This document shows positions 25,405 through 39,700 of a stretch of 64,000 nucleotides of DNA, in pieces. This stretch comes from Asterias rubens (Eukaryota). Positions within the stretch are counted from its first letter, which is position 1. Every line of letters starts with the position of its first letter. The notes beneath the pieces were generated by a model. It was not told where the DNA came from and searched no databases. It saw only the letters and a list, made by a program, of their open reading frames with translations. Both the position numbers and the translations under genes were made by a program. The DNA is taken from NCBI RefSeq assembly GCF_902459465.1, contig NC_047072.1:11966001-12030000 (forward strand), read 5' to 3'.

Positions 25405-25632
25405 CAATAGACCCTTCCCATGAAATATGTCAATTGCACGTAGCGCGTGCGCACTAACGTTTTGGTTGGCAAAATGAGGGAACATCGCGCTGGTTTGTAC
25501 ACGGCTAATGGGTGCGTGACGCAGACGCAATTGCGCGTCTGCTTAGTGTACAACTCTATGGCGTTTGCCAACCAACAGGGTCTGTACGCATGCGTGAATG
25601 TCATTAGCATATTTCATGGGAAGGGTCCATTG
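25405..25632. mobile_element. MITE with TIR CAATAGACCCTTCCCATGAAATATG
   Basis: Inverted ends around a GC-rich, partly palindromic core. Confidence 0.7.
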
Positions 25633-26451
25633 GTCATCAGAGTCACAAGTGAATAGTGAAACAAACAAACGAACAAACTTGTATGTTTTCACCGATATCA
25701 AATGTTGTATATTTGACTCACGAGATCAAAACATTTTTAAAATTTATTATACAGCATTTCAACAAAACTTAAACTGGCATTTCAGGCAAAGATATTTCAA
25801 GGGAAGTGTTCCACCATGATCATCTTTTAAAGGAATTGGTAATCACTCTTGAAATTAATGGAAATAACATTAAGGTTTTGTTTAGATAAATTTCTCTGTG
25901 ATATTTGTCAGTTTCTTCATTTGTTAATTCCAAATCAACAAGCTTTCAAAGTCCATTACTGGTATTCCATTTTGCTATTTATGTATAGGCCTACAATGCT
26001 ACGTTTTGCCAAATCAGCACAGCTGCTTTTAAAGAACTACACAATATATCTACAACACTGAATACGACCCTGTTTGTTCCCCTTTAAAATAAAGAAAGAA
26101 ATATTTATTTAAAGGGACACGTTGCCTTCAGATTGGGCGCTTTGGGCTACATAAACCATTTGTTGCAAAATTAACAAGGTTGTCAAATGTTTTTAAAGTA
26201 GAATATAAGGATCCACACCAAATATTCCTTAAAAATGTGTGGTTTTCTCTTTTCTTTTTGAATGAAATCCTTTAAGTTCAAGATAAAAAAGTAAAACCAC
26301 AATTTTTAGAAATTTTGTGTATCATTATATTCTACTTTTAAATCATCTACCCAACCCTGCCGTAAATCCACCTTGATAGAAATTAGGCGAGGGAGAAACC
26401 CTGGGAGCAGTTCACAGTACCTGCACAGGGTTACATTTATTTACAAATGGG

Positions 26452-26632
26452 CAGGCCTGTATGCTTCAACTTTGAAAGAGCACCAAGGCATTTCCTCTTG
26501 GCCACCCTATGAGGAAATTGTAAATTTCTATTGGAGCATTTCAAGGGCACCAAGGCAATGACCAGGGGGCATCGAAGCAATCGCCTTCGTTGCTCTATGA
26601 AGTATCAGGCCTGAACTGCAGAGACTTATAGA
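26452..26632. mobile_element. hAT-like MITE (CAGGCCTG ends)
   Basis: CAGGCCTGTATGCTTC...GAAGTATCAGGCCTG; related pieces at 22330-22560, 34510-34650, 40620-40700 and 48488-48642. Confidence 0.6.
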
Positions 26633-26659
26633 TTGCTATCTACTGGGAAAACAGCTGAA

Positions 26660-26829
26660 AGCCCGGATAATACTTTCTGCAAATGCGAATGTGATACAAA
26701 TGTTGACGTTACGAAATTTCGCACTGAGTTGAGTTGTGCTCAACTCTCTTGTGAATATCGCAGCGAATGAGGATTTGTGACGTCAATTTCACATTGCATT
26801 CGCATTCGCAGGAAGTATCAACTGGGCTT
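26660..26829. mobile_element. PIF/Harbinger-like MITE, family H
   Basis: AGCCCGGATAATACTTTCTGC...GCAGGAAGTATCAACTGGGCT. Confidence 0.65.
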
Positions 26830-27713
26830 AAGTCTCTACACGTCTCACTATTAACTCCTCTGCACTACGATAACAGTGTACTGAGGATATTTAACATGCG
26901 AAGCCTACGACTTTTTGTCCCATCCAAAGGATGAACTAAAAATGGTAAAGTGTCTTGCTTAAGGACACAAGTGTCAAGACCGAGTCTTTAAATACTGTGC
27001 TGACCAGAAACGCCAAGGTTGAAATGTTCGCCCACTAACTAACTCGTTTTCCTTCATACCACAGATGCATTTGGTTGGCGAGTAGTTTGAAACGGCTAAA
27101 TTTCCCGACATTCATTTCATAACAAACACTTTTATAGCCCTAAGCGCTTAATCCAAAGGCAACATGTCAACAATTAGAAACAAATTTCTTTTGTTGTAGC
27201 ACAAACTCACATGAAGCTAGTGGCAAGACAAAACTTACCTAAGCACTGAAATTTTCTGTCAAATGTTGACCAGATATTAGTGATTTGATATAGCGGGTAC
27301 TATTTATAATAAATTTTACAGCACTTACCAAAACCCCCCTCCACCCAAAACCCAAAAGGAATAAACAAAAATAAAGTTAATGCTAGGTTAACTTAACTGG
27401 TCAATGCATTAACATTGAACTAATGCACTAATTTACACTAGAGGAGTGCAGCAAATAATATCAAAGTCTTAATATCGAAATACCTTTACCTCTCCATAAA
27501 AAAACCAGAAAATGGCCACTGAAATCACTTGAGCTCAATTTCGTTTTGCCTGTAAGCACACAAATCCGCTAAGCCCTGAAAAATCTTGCTAAGAAGAAAC
27601 TGTGGGTACCATCTAAAATTCTATAAACATTGTTACAACTGGTGGCCTACTCCTATTTTGCTTAGCAGTATTTTCTGCTTAACAGCTTTAAGAAATTGGT
27701 TCCGGGTTGTAGT

Positions 27714-30700
27714 TTAGACAATGTCATCACGGATGTAGGTGGCAAACGTTAGATCATAACATTGAAACTCGGAGAACTGGCGATCGTGACGTCGGTAGGT
27801 ATCCATGAAGACTTCACGCAGTGCCTTTCGGCTGGTACCGCATTTGGCTGTCTGGAACCAAAAGAACATTGACAGTTATTTGAGAAAAAAAAGAAGTGTT
27901 ACGTTAACGGTTACAGACTCAAAAGATGTTGGTTTGTCTCACTACTAACCCATGGAGCTCATATGAGATTTACAATTTATTGCCTTGTAAACAAGTAGGC
28001 TGATCTTGTTATCTTTGGAATATTTGGGGACATAACTGCAGTCTTTTTTAAAGACAGTGGACACTATTGGTAATTGTCAAAGACAAGTCTTCTCACTTGG
28101 TGCATCTCAACATATGCATAAAATTACAAACCTGTGAAAATTTGAGCTCAATCGGTCGTCGAAGTTGCGAGATAATAATGAAAAAAAAAAAACACCCTTG
28201 TCACACGAAGTTGTGTGCTTTCAGATGCTTGAATTCGAGACCTCAAATTCTAAATCTGAGGTCTCGAAATCAAATTCGTGGAAAATTACTTCTTTCTCAA
28301 AAAGTACGTCACTTCAGAGGGAGCCGATTCTCTCAATGATTTTTTACTATCAACCTCTCCCCATTACTCGTTACCAAGTAAGGTTTTATGATAAACATTA
28401 TTTTGAGTAATTACCACTAGTGTCCACTGCCTTTAAATAATATTCAAATTATTAAGTCTTTACAAACCTTGCTTGCAAACAGGGTCATGACAACTTTCCC
28501 TGGATTGAACACCGTCAGAACTTTCTTCACAAACTCGCTGTAGTCCTTCTGCACAAATAAACATATGTTTTTACACTCGGTTAAATATTGATTAAAGGTA
28601 TAATAAGGATTGGTAAGGATACAAAAAAGAATTGTTTAAAGGGTCTATGTACTTTTTGTAGGACAAAAAACACAATGTCCACAGATTTACATTAAACTTA
28701 CACAGTTTTAAGATAATGATAGTAGAAAACTTCCCTGAAAATATTATTTGCTGAGGTGCTGTAGTTTTTGAGAAACGAGTAAAACAATGTCAACAATGTT
28801 TGTCTGTCAATAGGTTAGGGCACAAAAGCATTTTGCTTAACCTTACACCTAAATGTTGTCTTTAAATTACTACTTGTTAATTTTTTTGAAGTATTGTGTA
28901 CCTAATCATACCTCATACTATATTGCTTGTTTTAATTTTGACATAAATGTACGCTATTGTATTATTGTTTTGTATGACAGCATTGAAATAAATGTACTGA
29001 ATAATAAAAAAAAAAAAAAATAATAATTTTCCTCTCATTGATCATGAGACAAAAATTATTTTAGCATGTAAAAACGTATTTTCATAACATTTTTTTACTT
29101 ATTTCTCAAAAACTACAGCACCTCAGCAACTAATATTTTAAGGTATGCTTTCTACTATCATTATCTTCAAACGGTGTAAGTTTAATGTAAATCTGTGGAC
29201 ATTGTGTTTTGTGTTACAAAAAGTACCCAAATCCGTTAATTCTAGTCAGAAAACTTACTGATTATAAAGTTCAATTGGAGGAAAACTGTCTGAAAACCTA
29301 ACAAAATCAGCTAATTTTGAACCCAAATCAATGACGATGTGTTTGCATGCTGAAAACTGTGCGTAGATTTTCACTATTTGCTCCTGTCTCAACACTGATT
29401 ACGCCCAATTAATTTAATTGTCACCGGTTTGCTATTTCATGTGTATGGTTGATCACACAAAACATGAACGCTGTCTGTGACTACATGTATTTTATATGCT
29501 CTGCAAATCCTGTACATTAACAGATATGTATCTTTTTTAGTTCATGTCAAAAAAAAAGAGAAGGAAATAGCAACTGAAAATCAACTGTGACCGAGTTGTG
29601 AGTTTCCTGTGGCTCTATTATTAAAGGCACTGGACACGTTTGGTAATTGTCAAAGACCAGTATTCTCACTTGGTGTATCCCAACATATGCATCAAATAAC
29701 AAGCCTGTGAAAATTTGGACTCAATTGGTCATTGAAGTTGCAAGAAAATGATGAAAGAATAAACACCCTTGTTGTTGTACAAAATAGTGTGCTTTCAGAT
29801 AGGAATAAAAGACTTTTGGCCAGAAGTCTTTTATTAGGAATAAAAGACTTCTGGCCAGAAGTCTTTTACTATTTTAGTGAGAAATTACTTCTTTCTCAAA
29901 AACTAGGTCACTTCAGAGGGAATTGTTTCTTACAATGTTGTATACTATCAACAGCTCTCTGTTGCTCGTTGCCAAGTTATGCTAGATCAATAAATATTTT
30001 GAGTAATAACCAAACCTGAACAGTGCCTTTAAAGAGGACGGTAAGTTTAAAGAGGACGGGAAATGACCCAATTCAATTTTGCGATGTACTCATTTTCCAG
30101 TGGAAAGCAGGAAAGTGGCACGGCAAAAATATTCAAGAGGTTTATATTTCCATAATTTCAAACTGTTTGGCAAGTATTTTTGGGAATGACCATCATCATC
30201 TTACTTACCATTTCAATGTTAGTTTCAAAGCTGACGTAGGAATATTTTTCTTCTGGAGTAATGTGAATGGTCACATATCCATCCTGTTAAAAAAAAGAAC
30301 ACATTTGAAGGAGAAAAAAACCTCTTTATGACTGCATAAATAACGTAGAATTTTTAGTGTTTCAATGAAAGAACAAATACCAAATGTATTGTTCTCATTT
30401 ATTCTCATTTAAAGGAATTGGTGAGAACAAAACTCGTGAAGATCCCAGATTTACATAAAACTTACACGGTGTAATGATGATGATAGTAGAAAACATCCCT
30501 TTAAAAAATTTCTGTCTGAAATTTCATATTTGATGAGAAATAAATTATCTAATTTCCTGTTTAGAGTTTATCGCTCAGGGAGCGTTTTATTCATTTTTGT
30601 TTGGCATGGAAGCAATGCAAAATGTGTTATCGGTTTTTCACTGTTCTCTCGTGACCCAGATGGCCGATCGATCTCAAACTTCTACAGGTTTGTCAGTTTA

Positions 30701-33700
30701 TGTATATGGTGGATTACATAAAGTGCTTACACTGCCAGCAACTTTTTTGCTAGCAAAACCAATTCTGTAATGTTCCTTTAAGTCCTACAGCTTTCTCCTA
30801 AAGAGGAGTAGAGTATTACTGTTCAAACCAAACCGTCTCTTTTCAGAGCCAGCACTCCCTCAAAAGAGAATTATTACATGGTTGTACCCGCAAGTTTACT
30901 ATAATTTATAGATTATTCTGAACTCCTACATATCCCTCAACGACCGAACGAATTAAGCCAGGGTTAAAACAATAAAGTAAAATTAACTAGCTAGCTTAAA
31001 ATTAAAATGTGTGGACGTGTTACAAGGCCTACGTTACTGTGGACCCCTTTTGTTCTCGGGTCCACGCTGTGTTAAGTTAAAAACAAACCTGGCCCACAGA
31101 AGGACATAGTATTAGAAACACAATACCCCTTTTATGGCTTCGCCAATCGCGGGGACTCGCAATAAATTAAGGGCAGAGTTACTATAATTATACAATATCA
31201 ATTTCATTTATAAAATTTACATAGTTACCGTTTAAAATTCACATTATTAAAATGTATTTCAGACACAGAGCAATACGACAAATACTGGCGATAATAATGC
31301 GTCAGCCAATATAACATAAACTTGTAATCAATGTAAAATCAATGTTAAATCAATGCACAACCATTGAGCGTTGCATGCCATTTGACCCCTTACAGAAAAG
31401 GAGCCTTGAGGACATACCAAACAGGAATTGAAATTTAATAAAAACGGAAAATTTAATAGATGGAAAGTTAGCATTGGGGATATTAATTGTGGTTTTGCCA
31501 ATAACAGTGTTTTTAGCACTGTATACTCGGTACTAAATACTTTAGAATGGCAAAGGTCGTGGGTTCGAATCCTACCCGAGTAACGTGCCTGGGATTTTTT
31601 TTTAACAGAGCTCTGGAAAGTACTGAGTATACAGTGCTAACACACATTTCGGTGTATATGGGTAAACAGAAAAGTTAAGACAGATTTCCCTACATAATTT
31701 TGCTTTTTTAACAAATAGGGTATTCATGAATAGGAATAATCCAGTAGAAACAAACAGCTGCTGATTCTTTGCTTACGGTAAGCAGAGCCATGAAAGTAGG
31801 AGGGGTCAACTAATTATTTTCTTACCTTGGGCAACAAACCATTCATGGAATAGCCGCATGGTTCAAAAAGAAATTCATCAATCTGACAATCCGGTAACAG
31901 ATCTGCTATTCCAGACTCCTGAGAAAAAGATGACAAACGAAAGTTAATACTCAAGTTAATTAATAATAATAAATAATAAACAATATTTATTTAGAGCCAA
32001 ATTATGCCTAAAGCACTCCCAAGGTGCTTTACAGATATACAGTTGTTAAATAAAAGCCAATAAACATGTCGATAAATTTAAAACAACTGCAAACAGGGTA
32101 AACAAAAACACTTCACTTTCACTTCTAAAAATAAGTCCAAACAATGGGAGATCAAAGAGAAGTCTTCCATTTCCCGGGTCGATAAACATTTGTGTTCCAG
32201 ACCGAAGCTCGTGAAAACCCAGTGAGATACATGTAAACAAGTTTTTGTAAGAGCAATTTCGAGTGTGCACCATGGTTAACTAACGGTTGATTATTTTGAC
32301 TTGAACCCAGGCTGGTCGACTACTGGTCAGTTTGTTGGCTAGTCTGGTTGACCATTTTGGAACCAGCCGCAGTACATTGGTTTCAGACGATGGTTTCTTC
32401 TGTGGTCCCGATAGCCTGTTCCATGTAAACATGTGTAAAGGGCAGAGGGGAACCAGTGACACTACAAGGGAGCCAGTGACACTATAGCGTAATGCGGAAG
32501 GCAATGGAGTGTTGAATACCATGGTCAGATGGTACCGATGGTTAAAGACACTGCACACTATTGGTAATTGTCAAAGACCAGTCTTCTCACTTGGTGTATC
32601 TCAACATTTTGCATAAAATAACAAACCTGTGAAAATTTGAGCTTGATTGGTAACGAGTAATGGGGAGAGGTTGATAGTATAAAACATTGTGAGAAACGAG
32701 ATAATAATGAAAGAAAATACACCCTTGTCACACGAAGTTGTGTGGTTTCAGATGCTTCATTTTGAGACCTCAAATTCTAATTCTGAGGTCTCGGAATCAA
32801 ATTCGTGGAGAATTACTTTTCTCGAAAACCTTGTTACTTCAGAGGGAGCCGTTTCTCACAATGTTTTATACTATCAACCTCTCCCCATTACTCGTTACCA
32901 AGTAAGGTTTAATGCTTATAATTATTTTGAGTATTTACCAATAGTGTCCACTGCCTTTAACTAGGCTCACAAACTAGTTGTTTGAGTATGTCACTGCGCA
33001 TGTACGTTGCTGGTCAGTGGTCAAACATGGGTTGAATAAATGTTCGCATTTAATAGACGTTAAATTTGCATCAAGAATAAAGAAAATGAATTTTTGGTTT
33101 TTACCCATATACACCGATGTATGTTAGCACTGTATACTAAGTGCTTACCCGAATTCTGTAAGAACAAAAAATCACAGGCATATTACTCAGGTTGGATTCG
33201 AACCCACGACCTTTGCAATTCTAGAGCTGTGTCATACCAACTACATTGTAGACCACCAAGATTGTCCAGTGGCTAGAGGCAGTTTGAATCCTATGTTTTA
33301 GCAGCGGGTACTGCAAACGATTTAATAGATATTAAATTTGCATCGGGGATCAGACATCATTGTACATGGGTAAAAACCAAAACTGAATATAAATGTTTGC
33401 ACTCGAAATTTCTCTAGGATCCGATAAATACAGAATACAAACCTTAGTGACATCTTTGCCATTACGGCCGGTGGTGTTTTCAAAGTGCTTCATGACCTTG
33501 GGGTCAAGGTTGGTCATCAAGATGTGCAAATACGAGGTCAAGGGTCATAGAATAAGTGTTTATGTTACAAATTTTTTTAAAATACAATAAAATATAATGA
33601 ATGCAAATAAATTTAAAATTCTCCCAAACAAGATGCTACTACTGTATAATCTTTGGGCAAATTGACCTAAAAATTTCAGATTAAATTTAAAATAGATATT

Positions 33701-36700
33701 TTTGTTTAGCTTTAAGAAAGTTTAAGCTTTTACTTTAGGGTTTTGTACGAAAGAAAAGTGGTAGTTGAAAATTAATTATTGTCAGGATGACAACATTTCT
33801 TAATACATACAGCTTTACTAACATGTAAATATAAAAATTAACTAAAAATTAATCAATGTTATTTCTACATTAATTAACAATCGCTGTGTCAATGGTGAAT
33901 AAAAAAGTGATTGAGGTTGTTGAATACAAGATCTAAAGTTGTATCATTTGATGTCTTTGTATAAAAAAAAATTGCACCAATGATGGTGGCTGTGCACAAT
34001 GCAAAAATGCTTCTTTGTTTTTCAGTTTTGACACAGCGTCATCTGTCAACATTTGTTGTTTAAGCAAACAAAATAATAAAAATTTCTTTTGGGGAAAACC
34101 GGACCATGCAACTTTTTACAGAAATGATTAAAAGCAACTTTAAAAAATTATAAAGCATAAATTTAATCGTCAGTTTCAAAGGATATTTCAAGCGTTTGAT
34201 CAGGTTGGTTCTGGTTGGTGTTATCCAGTGTGTACAGATACCTGAAAAAAAAACACAAGAAATAGTTAGACAGTTTAGTTATACTTATTTGGAGTGATAT
34301 GGAATTTTAAATTCTTAGTTGACTCTGAAGTCTTAAAGAAGAAAAAAACAATTAAATTAAAAGCACCAACTTGTTTAAAACATTATAAAAGATGAAAGAG
34401 TGGCCAAAAAGAAAAATTGTATCTGTAAATTAATTCAGATGTCAGAAACTTTTTTTTTTACCATGTGATGAAAGGGTTTGGTGGGTAATGGACCGGAACA
34501 ATTACCCAACAGCACCCAAAGAAATTTCTGTGAAGCCCTGGTGCCCTTTGCAACGTTCCAAAATAAATTTCCATATGCCTCATCGAAGTGCCCCTCATTT
34601 GAGGGAAAATTGCCCCGCCCCTTCAAGTGTGAAGTTCCAAGGCCGGTATTGCATACTGCGAAACCTATTAATATTATGTGTGTTATTTTCAATTTAATGG
34701 AGTGCACAATGACGGACAGACCGATTTCCGACGATCTCAGTAAATGTTGGCAAGCAAAATTGTTTGGATGGATTCAGAAGATAAACGTACCAGCAATCTC
34801 CGTTGATTCGTCCCAACATGTAGGCTGCTCCATCTGCCAATTAATACAAAATCATTCCAGTCATCAGCAAATATTCACACGTAAACAAGGTTTTGGGAAA
34901 ACGAAACTTAAAGGGTCTGTTAGCGTTTGGCAATCACTCTTAAAATTATTGGCAATAAAAACTTAATTGACAAAAAGTACAGCGGCTTTTGATCGTATTA
35001 AGCATTTTTTGAGAAGCATTTCACTTTGAATTAATGTATTTATCAGGGATGAGATTCTGAAAAAAAAGGGAAAACACTGAAATCTTTTTGTTGTTGCGGG
35101 AGGTGAAGAACACACGTAAACTATATTTCCCTTAAACAAAATCTTCAGTCGCTGGCTGGATGAGTTAAAACCAAATTTTGTTACATTAAATATCCAACTT
35201 ACTGTCAAACAGAGTATCCAGGTATTGGACCTCACTGGCAAAGCTCTGATGAGGAACCTGCTGGAGCTCAGGGCGGAAGAAATTCTTTCGGGAGTAAAAC
35301 AAATCCTACAAAAAAATAATTGTTAAAAATGTTGGTTGTCTGTTGGCATTTTGTACACAGCAGTAGAATAATAAATAAATAATAATAATAAGACTTGTAA
35401 TGCGCCCATATCCACCCTGCTGGGTGTTCAAGGTGCAGAAGTAACAATAAGAGAGGAACTGGTCGCTAGGTGGCAGCAGACACCACGCCTGATGCTTCAC
35501 GAAAGCATCTGAGGCTATTGCCTCCATGCCCTTTGTGATAACCTCGGTGCCCTTTGTGTTAATTGTCTTAATGCCCCCGGATATAGACTCCTTGCCCCTG
35601 GTTATTGTCTTGGTACCTAAGCTTGGGCAATATCACGATATTATTGAATATCGCGATAACAATTTGGAAACGATTTCGATATCGGATCGATTTGGTTTTA
35701 ATCGAAATATCAATATATCGCGATATATCGCGATATATCGAAATATATTGTGAAATCGATTGCGAAATCGATTAAATATCGCAATATCACAATGTATTTC
35801 CTAGCTGAGACATCTTGCACCCCATAGGTTTGGAGTAAAACCAGAACAATATGTCATTAGAACACCTCTCTTATGCTATGACTGTCTCTTCTACAACTTT
35901 CACTTGGAGTTTGAAGACTGATGATGTCAAATTTAATTAATTGCGATTATATCGAATATCGCGATATATTGTCGGCGATATATCGTGAATAAAATAAATT
36001 GATATCGCCCAAGCTTATTGGTACCCCCTGGTCGTTGCCTCTATGCCCCATGTCATTGCATCCAAGCCCCTTGTCATTGCCGCTGTTGCCCCTAGTCTTT
36101 GCCTCCAGTCCAACAAGGATGTTCACAGGATGATTTTTAAAAAAAACAGGCATGCAACTGTAACTTCACCAAAAAAAGAGGAAATTACAAAACTTCAATG
36201 ATTTTGTAAAGTATTTTCGAATTTTGAATGGTAAAACTGAGATTAATAAAACAGGAAATCAGCTGATCAGAGAAAAAGTTGCATGTCTGGGGATATCTAC
36301 ACTGACTGACTGGTATAAAGGCAAAAACAAATTTAATGGCCAGACAATTCGACCTGAGCGGAGTCTTTCTCAAAGACTAAAAAGAGAAAAACTTTTAGCA
36401 GTCAAGAACGACTCTGCTAGGGTTGAAACATCAGACAATTAACTAATTTTTTGCTTTTCATTTTTACCTTAACAACAAAGTCACAGAACTCCTTGGCTAG
36501 TTTCATGATGGGCTCTATGGCATTCAGGAGAGTGGTCGTCCCACACGTCTTGAGAATAAAGCGCTTTGTTGACAGAAACATGCTACTCTCACTGAAATAT
36601 TGACAAGGGTTTTAAAAGGTTTTGAGTTTGAATCCAACCTAAGTATGCCTATGATTTTTTTCACAGAGCTCTGGAAAGTAATGAGTATTACAGTGCTCAC

Positions 36701-39700
36701 ACAAATAGCATCGGGATAAAACCAAAATTAATATTCTCAATCCTTGATGTTCAAAATGTCCACAGATTTACATTAAACTTACAGGGTTTGAAGATAATAA
36801 TAGTGGGAAGCTTCCCTTCAAATATTACTAACTGAGGTTGTGTAGTTTTTGAGAAATGAGTAAAACAAGTCACAAAATAGTTTTGGTCTCATGAGACCAA
36901 AATTATTTTAGCATGTAAAATCCCCTTAACCAGTTATGATATTATACCAAACTATAGCATAACTGGTTAATACATTTTTACATGCTGAAACTGAGACGAA
37001 AATTATTACTTTTACTCATTTCTCAAAAACTACAGCACCTCAGTAAGTAAAATTTCAAGGGAAGCTTTCTACTATCATAATTTTCAAGCTGTGTAAGTTT
37101 AATGTAAATTTGTGGACATTGTGTTTTTTGTTAGGAAAAAGTACATATACCCTTTAAAGACAGTGGACACTATTGGTAACTGTCAAAGACCAGTCTTCTC
37201 ACTTGGTGTATCTCAACATATGCATGAAATAACAAACCTGTGAAAATTTGAGCTCAATTGGTCGTCGAAGTTGCGAGATAATAATGAAAGAAAAAACACC
37301 CTTGTCACACAAAGTTGTGTGCATTTAGATGGTTAATTTCGAGACCTCAAGTTCTAAACTTGAGGTCTCGAAATCAAATTCGTGGAAAATTACTTCTTTC
37401 TCGAAAACTACTCCACTTCAGAGGGAGCCGTTTCTCACAATGTTTTATACTACCAACCTCTCCCCATTTCTCGTTACCAAGTAAAGTTTCGTGCTAATAA
37501 TTATTTTGAGTAATTACAAATAGTGTCCACTGCCTTTCAGAAGCTATGATCTTATACTTTTTACTTATTAAAACAATTATTTTTAATTTTAAATTTGCAT
37601 TGCTTACACCATGGATACAGAACATCATTTATGTTTTACCCAGACACTGATGTGTGTTCAGCACTGTACATAAAATAAAAATAAAACATAGGATTCAAAC
37701 TGCCTCTTGCCACTTGGCAAGCTCAGTGGTCCAGTGATAAGGCATCTTATAATTTCTAAAGCCCGGTTCATACTTCCTGCCAGCGAATGCGAAACAAATG
37801 TTGACGTCACAAATTCGCAACGAAAAGTTTGCAGCAGTTGCCCTCCGTTCAACTCACTCGCGAATATCGCTGCGAAAGGAGGGTTGTGACGTCAAATTCA
37901 CGTCAAAATTGCTTCGCATTCGCATTCACAGGAAGTATGAACCGGGTTTAAGGCTAAAAAAATGGGACGAAAATGAACTGCGAATTGTACAAAATTGATG
38001 ACCTATGACATATATGTAGGCCATTAGGGTGGATCTGCTTGGGTGCTATAATTGTGGCACTTTCTTGACTATAAGCCTGGACAATGCTGAAAGGTAAAGT
38101 ACTTTGTAGTAAAGGGTGGTACCAGTGTATTGTGAGTGGTTACAGTGGCTTCATCAGCGCTAAGCAAAATTACCTGAGGACGTAAGCGTGGAGATCATCT
38201 CGACACTTCTCACTCACTATCTCACAATGAACCAAACCAAGCAGTTCAACGAGGCGTTCCCTGGAGATCAAAATAAAACATTATATTGATAATGACATAT
38301 TATGTAAAGCGCATAATGCAAAAGCCTCTAAGCGCATAAAGAGAACAATAAAATATACATCGAGTGAAAGATACAATAAAAAATAGGCAGATTACAAATA
38401 AGCAGCTTCAAACAAATGAGTTTTTAACAGAGACATACACAAACAGTGTAATGAACTACATGTAGCCTCTTGAATATGCACAGAGAGACTGAAAAACAGA
38501 CATTTGAAAATTGATAATATACACAGAATTCAAAAAAAAAATTAACAGCAACGTCTTGTGAAGGTTCTAAACTTATTTATCACAACACTTAAACCACCCT
38601 TCAAGGGGCAGTATGTAAGAGTATGATCATCAATTTCTTAAAGGGCCAAGTACCTGGACTCGAGTAACTTACATGTAGGTCAGGTGTCTCATTTGAAATT
38701 ACTGGAAGTAACCATTTAGAGTGGCCTTAAATGGAGCTTGCATATATAACTGATTTCCAAAGCTTCTCACAGACTTTACACTTGATGTGTACTTAAAGAC
38801 AGTGGACACTATTGACAATTGTCAAAGACTAGCCTTCACAGTTGGTGTATCTCAACATATGCATAAAATAACTAACCTGTGAAAATTTGAGCTCAATCTG
38901 TCATCGAAGTTGCGAGATAATTATGAAAGAAAAAACACCCTTGTCACACAAAGTTGTGTGCGTTCAGATGGTTGATTTCGAGACCTCAAGTTCTAAATCT
39001 GAGGTCTCGAAATCAAATTCGTGGAAAATTACTTCTTTCTCGAAAACTATGGCACTTCAGAGGGAGCCGTTTCTAACAATGTTTTATACCATCAACCTCT
39101 CCCTATTACTCGTCACCAGGAAAGGTTTTATGCTAATAATTATTTTGAGTAATTTCAAATAGTGTCCACTGCCTTTAAGAAAGCCAAGATTTCTGTGTTT
39201 GACATACTTGCGGTTTTCATTTTTACACAAGACCAGTTCTAGAGTATTTCTGCCAAGAATGGCACACTTCAATACGCAAGGAGCAAAATAATTTTTTAGA
39301 ACGAGCCCTTCATACTATTTTAGGCTATGGATGTGTATTATCTATTCACTATGGCGTGGCGTGTCGTGGCCGAGCGGTTAACAGCACTGGATTCAAGCTC
39401 TGGTGTTTGATCAGCAGGGTGTGGGTTTGAATCCCTGTCGTGACACTTGCTATGTAAAATTGGGGAGGTAGTGCTTTCTGCTCTACCGGCCAGGCTTCGG
39501 ACTGATAGTACCCAAGCCTACATCCGTATGGACTGTAAAAGGGGTAACCCTGTTTTAGCCCTAGGAGTAGGTGGCAAAGGCCTCTGGAATAAAATCATTG
39601 TAGCCCACACCTTGAAGTGGCCTTCCGGCCTTGTTTGTCTGGCGACTTGCATAAAAAATAATATAAAAAAAAACTATTTAAAAAAATATGCTCTTACTAG

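Noticed and set aside
27633-27716. Vertebrate-style AMD1 stop-codon readthrough tail
   Set aside because: Stop is TAA-ACT. The downstream frame is only 26 codons and runs into a MITE-like repeat, unlike the long conserved vertebrate extension.
34478-34966. 162-aa plus-strand ORF, the longest unexplained one
   Set aside because: Made of a hAT-like MITE fragment plus the antisense of AMD1 exon 5; no domain signal.
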